From positions 1,612-65,611 of the forward strand of contig CAYQZQ010000002.1 in NCBI GenBank assembly GCA_964422035.1: a stretch of DNA of 64,000 bases, in the 5' to 3' direction. The DNA is from an uncultured Pseudomonadales bacterium (GTDB lineage Bacteria; Patescibacteriota; Microgenomatia; UBA1400; Chazhemtobacteraceae). A model generated the notes under the pieces. It searched no databases. It worked only from the letters and a program-made list of their open reading frames with translations, and was not told the origin of the DNA. This document shows positions 63,433-64,000 of this stretch, one piece after another. The stretch's first letter is position 1. Each line of letters opens with the position of its first letter. A program made the position numbers and the translations under genes.

Positions 63433-64000
63433 TTAGGGGATTGGTTTGATTTGGACACCGTCAGGTGGTTGGATGACTTTTTCAGCAAGATCAGGGCAGC
63501 CCTCTTGGGTAAAGAAGGTGCATTCACCAAGATCGTTGGTGTCAAGCCAGAGATGCATGTAAGCATGCTGGCCTTTGACTGGTGGCCATACGTAGAAGTA
63601 ATTATCCAGTTTGGCCAGATCTGTGGCGGTTAACTGATTGCTGTAAAAGATGAGATGGCGATAGCTGCTTTCAAGCTTGTTGATAGCAGGATTGCCATCA
63701 GGGATGCTCCAACAGGTACCAACCTGACCTTGGGGGAAGGTGATTTGTTCATCATCCATAAGGAAGACAAACCCTTCGTTGCCAAAGTTTGGTGGATAGC
63801 CATCCTTGTACCATTCACAAACAGCAGGACCTTTGAAAGTAAAGGGGCCGTTCCATTTTTGGGTTTGGCCATACTTGGTGTCAGCTAAGACCCAAGCGAA
63901 GCTGTTGTCGGTGACGGTAGTTGGTTCGGGGGGTGTAGAAGTAGGTGGCTGAGTGGTTGGGCACTCAACGTCAGTGGGATGGGGTTCGTCTTGACTAGCT
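63433..64000 (-). CDS. 3' portion of a gene for a secreted or surface protein with a Pro/Thr-rich linker; the 5' end lies beyond the window
   Basis: The minus-strand frame is open from the window edge to TAA at 63433-63435. Translation: ...VECPTTQPPTSTPPEPTTVTDNSFAWVLADTKYGQTQKWNGPFTFKGPAVCEWYKDGYPPNFGNEGFVFLMDDEQITF...IKPIP. No recognisable domain. Confidence 0.45.
   Translation of the reverse strand, partial: ASQDEPHPTDVECPTTQPPTSTPPEPTTVTDNSFAWVLADTKYGQTQKWNGPFTFKGPAVCEWYKDGYPPNFGNEGFVFLMDDEQITFPQGQVGTCWSIPDGNPAINKLESSYRHLIFYSNQLTATDLAKLDNYFYVWPPVKGQHAYMHLWLDTNDLGECTFFTQEGCPDLAEKVIQPPDGVQIKPIP

Noticed and set aside
1-64000. CRISPR arrays, rRNA genes, insertion sequences or transposases.
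   Set aside because: I saw no regularly spaced direct repeats, no rRNA-like conserved blocks and no transposase-like ORF (DDE or HUH motifs) in the ORF set on either strand.

Overview
The window is a gene-dense, strongly plus-strand-biased, low-GC stretch of about 70 features. It looks like a streamlined, reduced bacterial genome of the Candidate Phyla Radiation / Patescibacteria kind. That placement is inference from content: a split transketolase, a SUF-like Fe-S cluster with no SufBCD in view, many overlapping start/stop junctions, weak or absent Shine-Dalgarno sequences, a type-IV-coupling-protein-like ATPase and many small hypothetical membrane proteins.

Most of the window is housekeeping:
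- Fe-S assembly: SufS, SufU, an FNR-like reductase, a ferredoxin and SufT.
- Non-oxidative pentose-phosphate genes: RpiB, an Rpe-like protein, a two-gene split transketolase and a PfkB kinase.
- Cell envelope: two tandem class A penicillin-binding proteins.
- Nucleotide synthesis: an nrdR / B12-dependent nrdJ / cobalamin adenosyltransferase operon preceded by two NrdR boxes.
- Three tRNA genes next to a Xer-like tyrosine recombinase.
- Translation, division and repair: TrpS, LysS, TyrS, FtsH, Pth, ribosomal protein S1, an FtsB-like protein, a 5'-3' exonuclease, Fpg, RecF, RadA, 3-methyladenine glycosylase and an ATP-dependent DNA ligase.
- Redox: thioredoxin, thioredoxin reductase and a CsoR-like repressor.
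- Envelope sugar metabolism: GalU, GT4 and GT2 glycosyltransferases, and a large GT-C-like membrane protein.

The less ordinary content:
- A compact locus at 52034-55213 with a 7TM protein, a RimK-like ATP-grasp enzyme fused to a DTGA aspartic-protease-like domain, and a second convergent RimK-like ATP-grasp enzyme. This is a predicted peptide amidoligase/protease system and is the best candidate for an uncharacterised system here.
- A 245-nt RNA candidate at 59090-59380, bounded by a promoter and a terminator, that I could not assign to any known RNA family.
- A tRNA with a UAU anticodon.
- A Fic protein whose stop overlaps the start of the DNA ligase gene.
- A DsbA-like pseudogene remnant inside the Fe-S cluster.
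- A TraD/VirD4-like ATPase.

I found no CRISPR array and no intact prophage.
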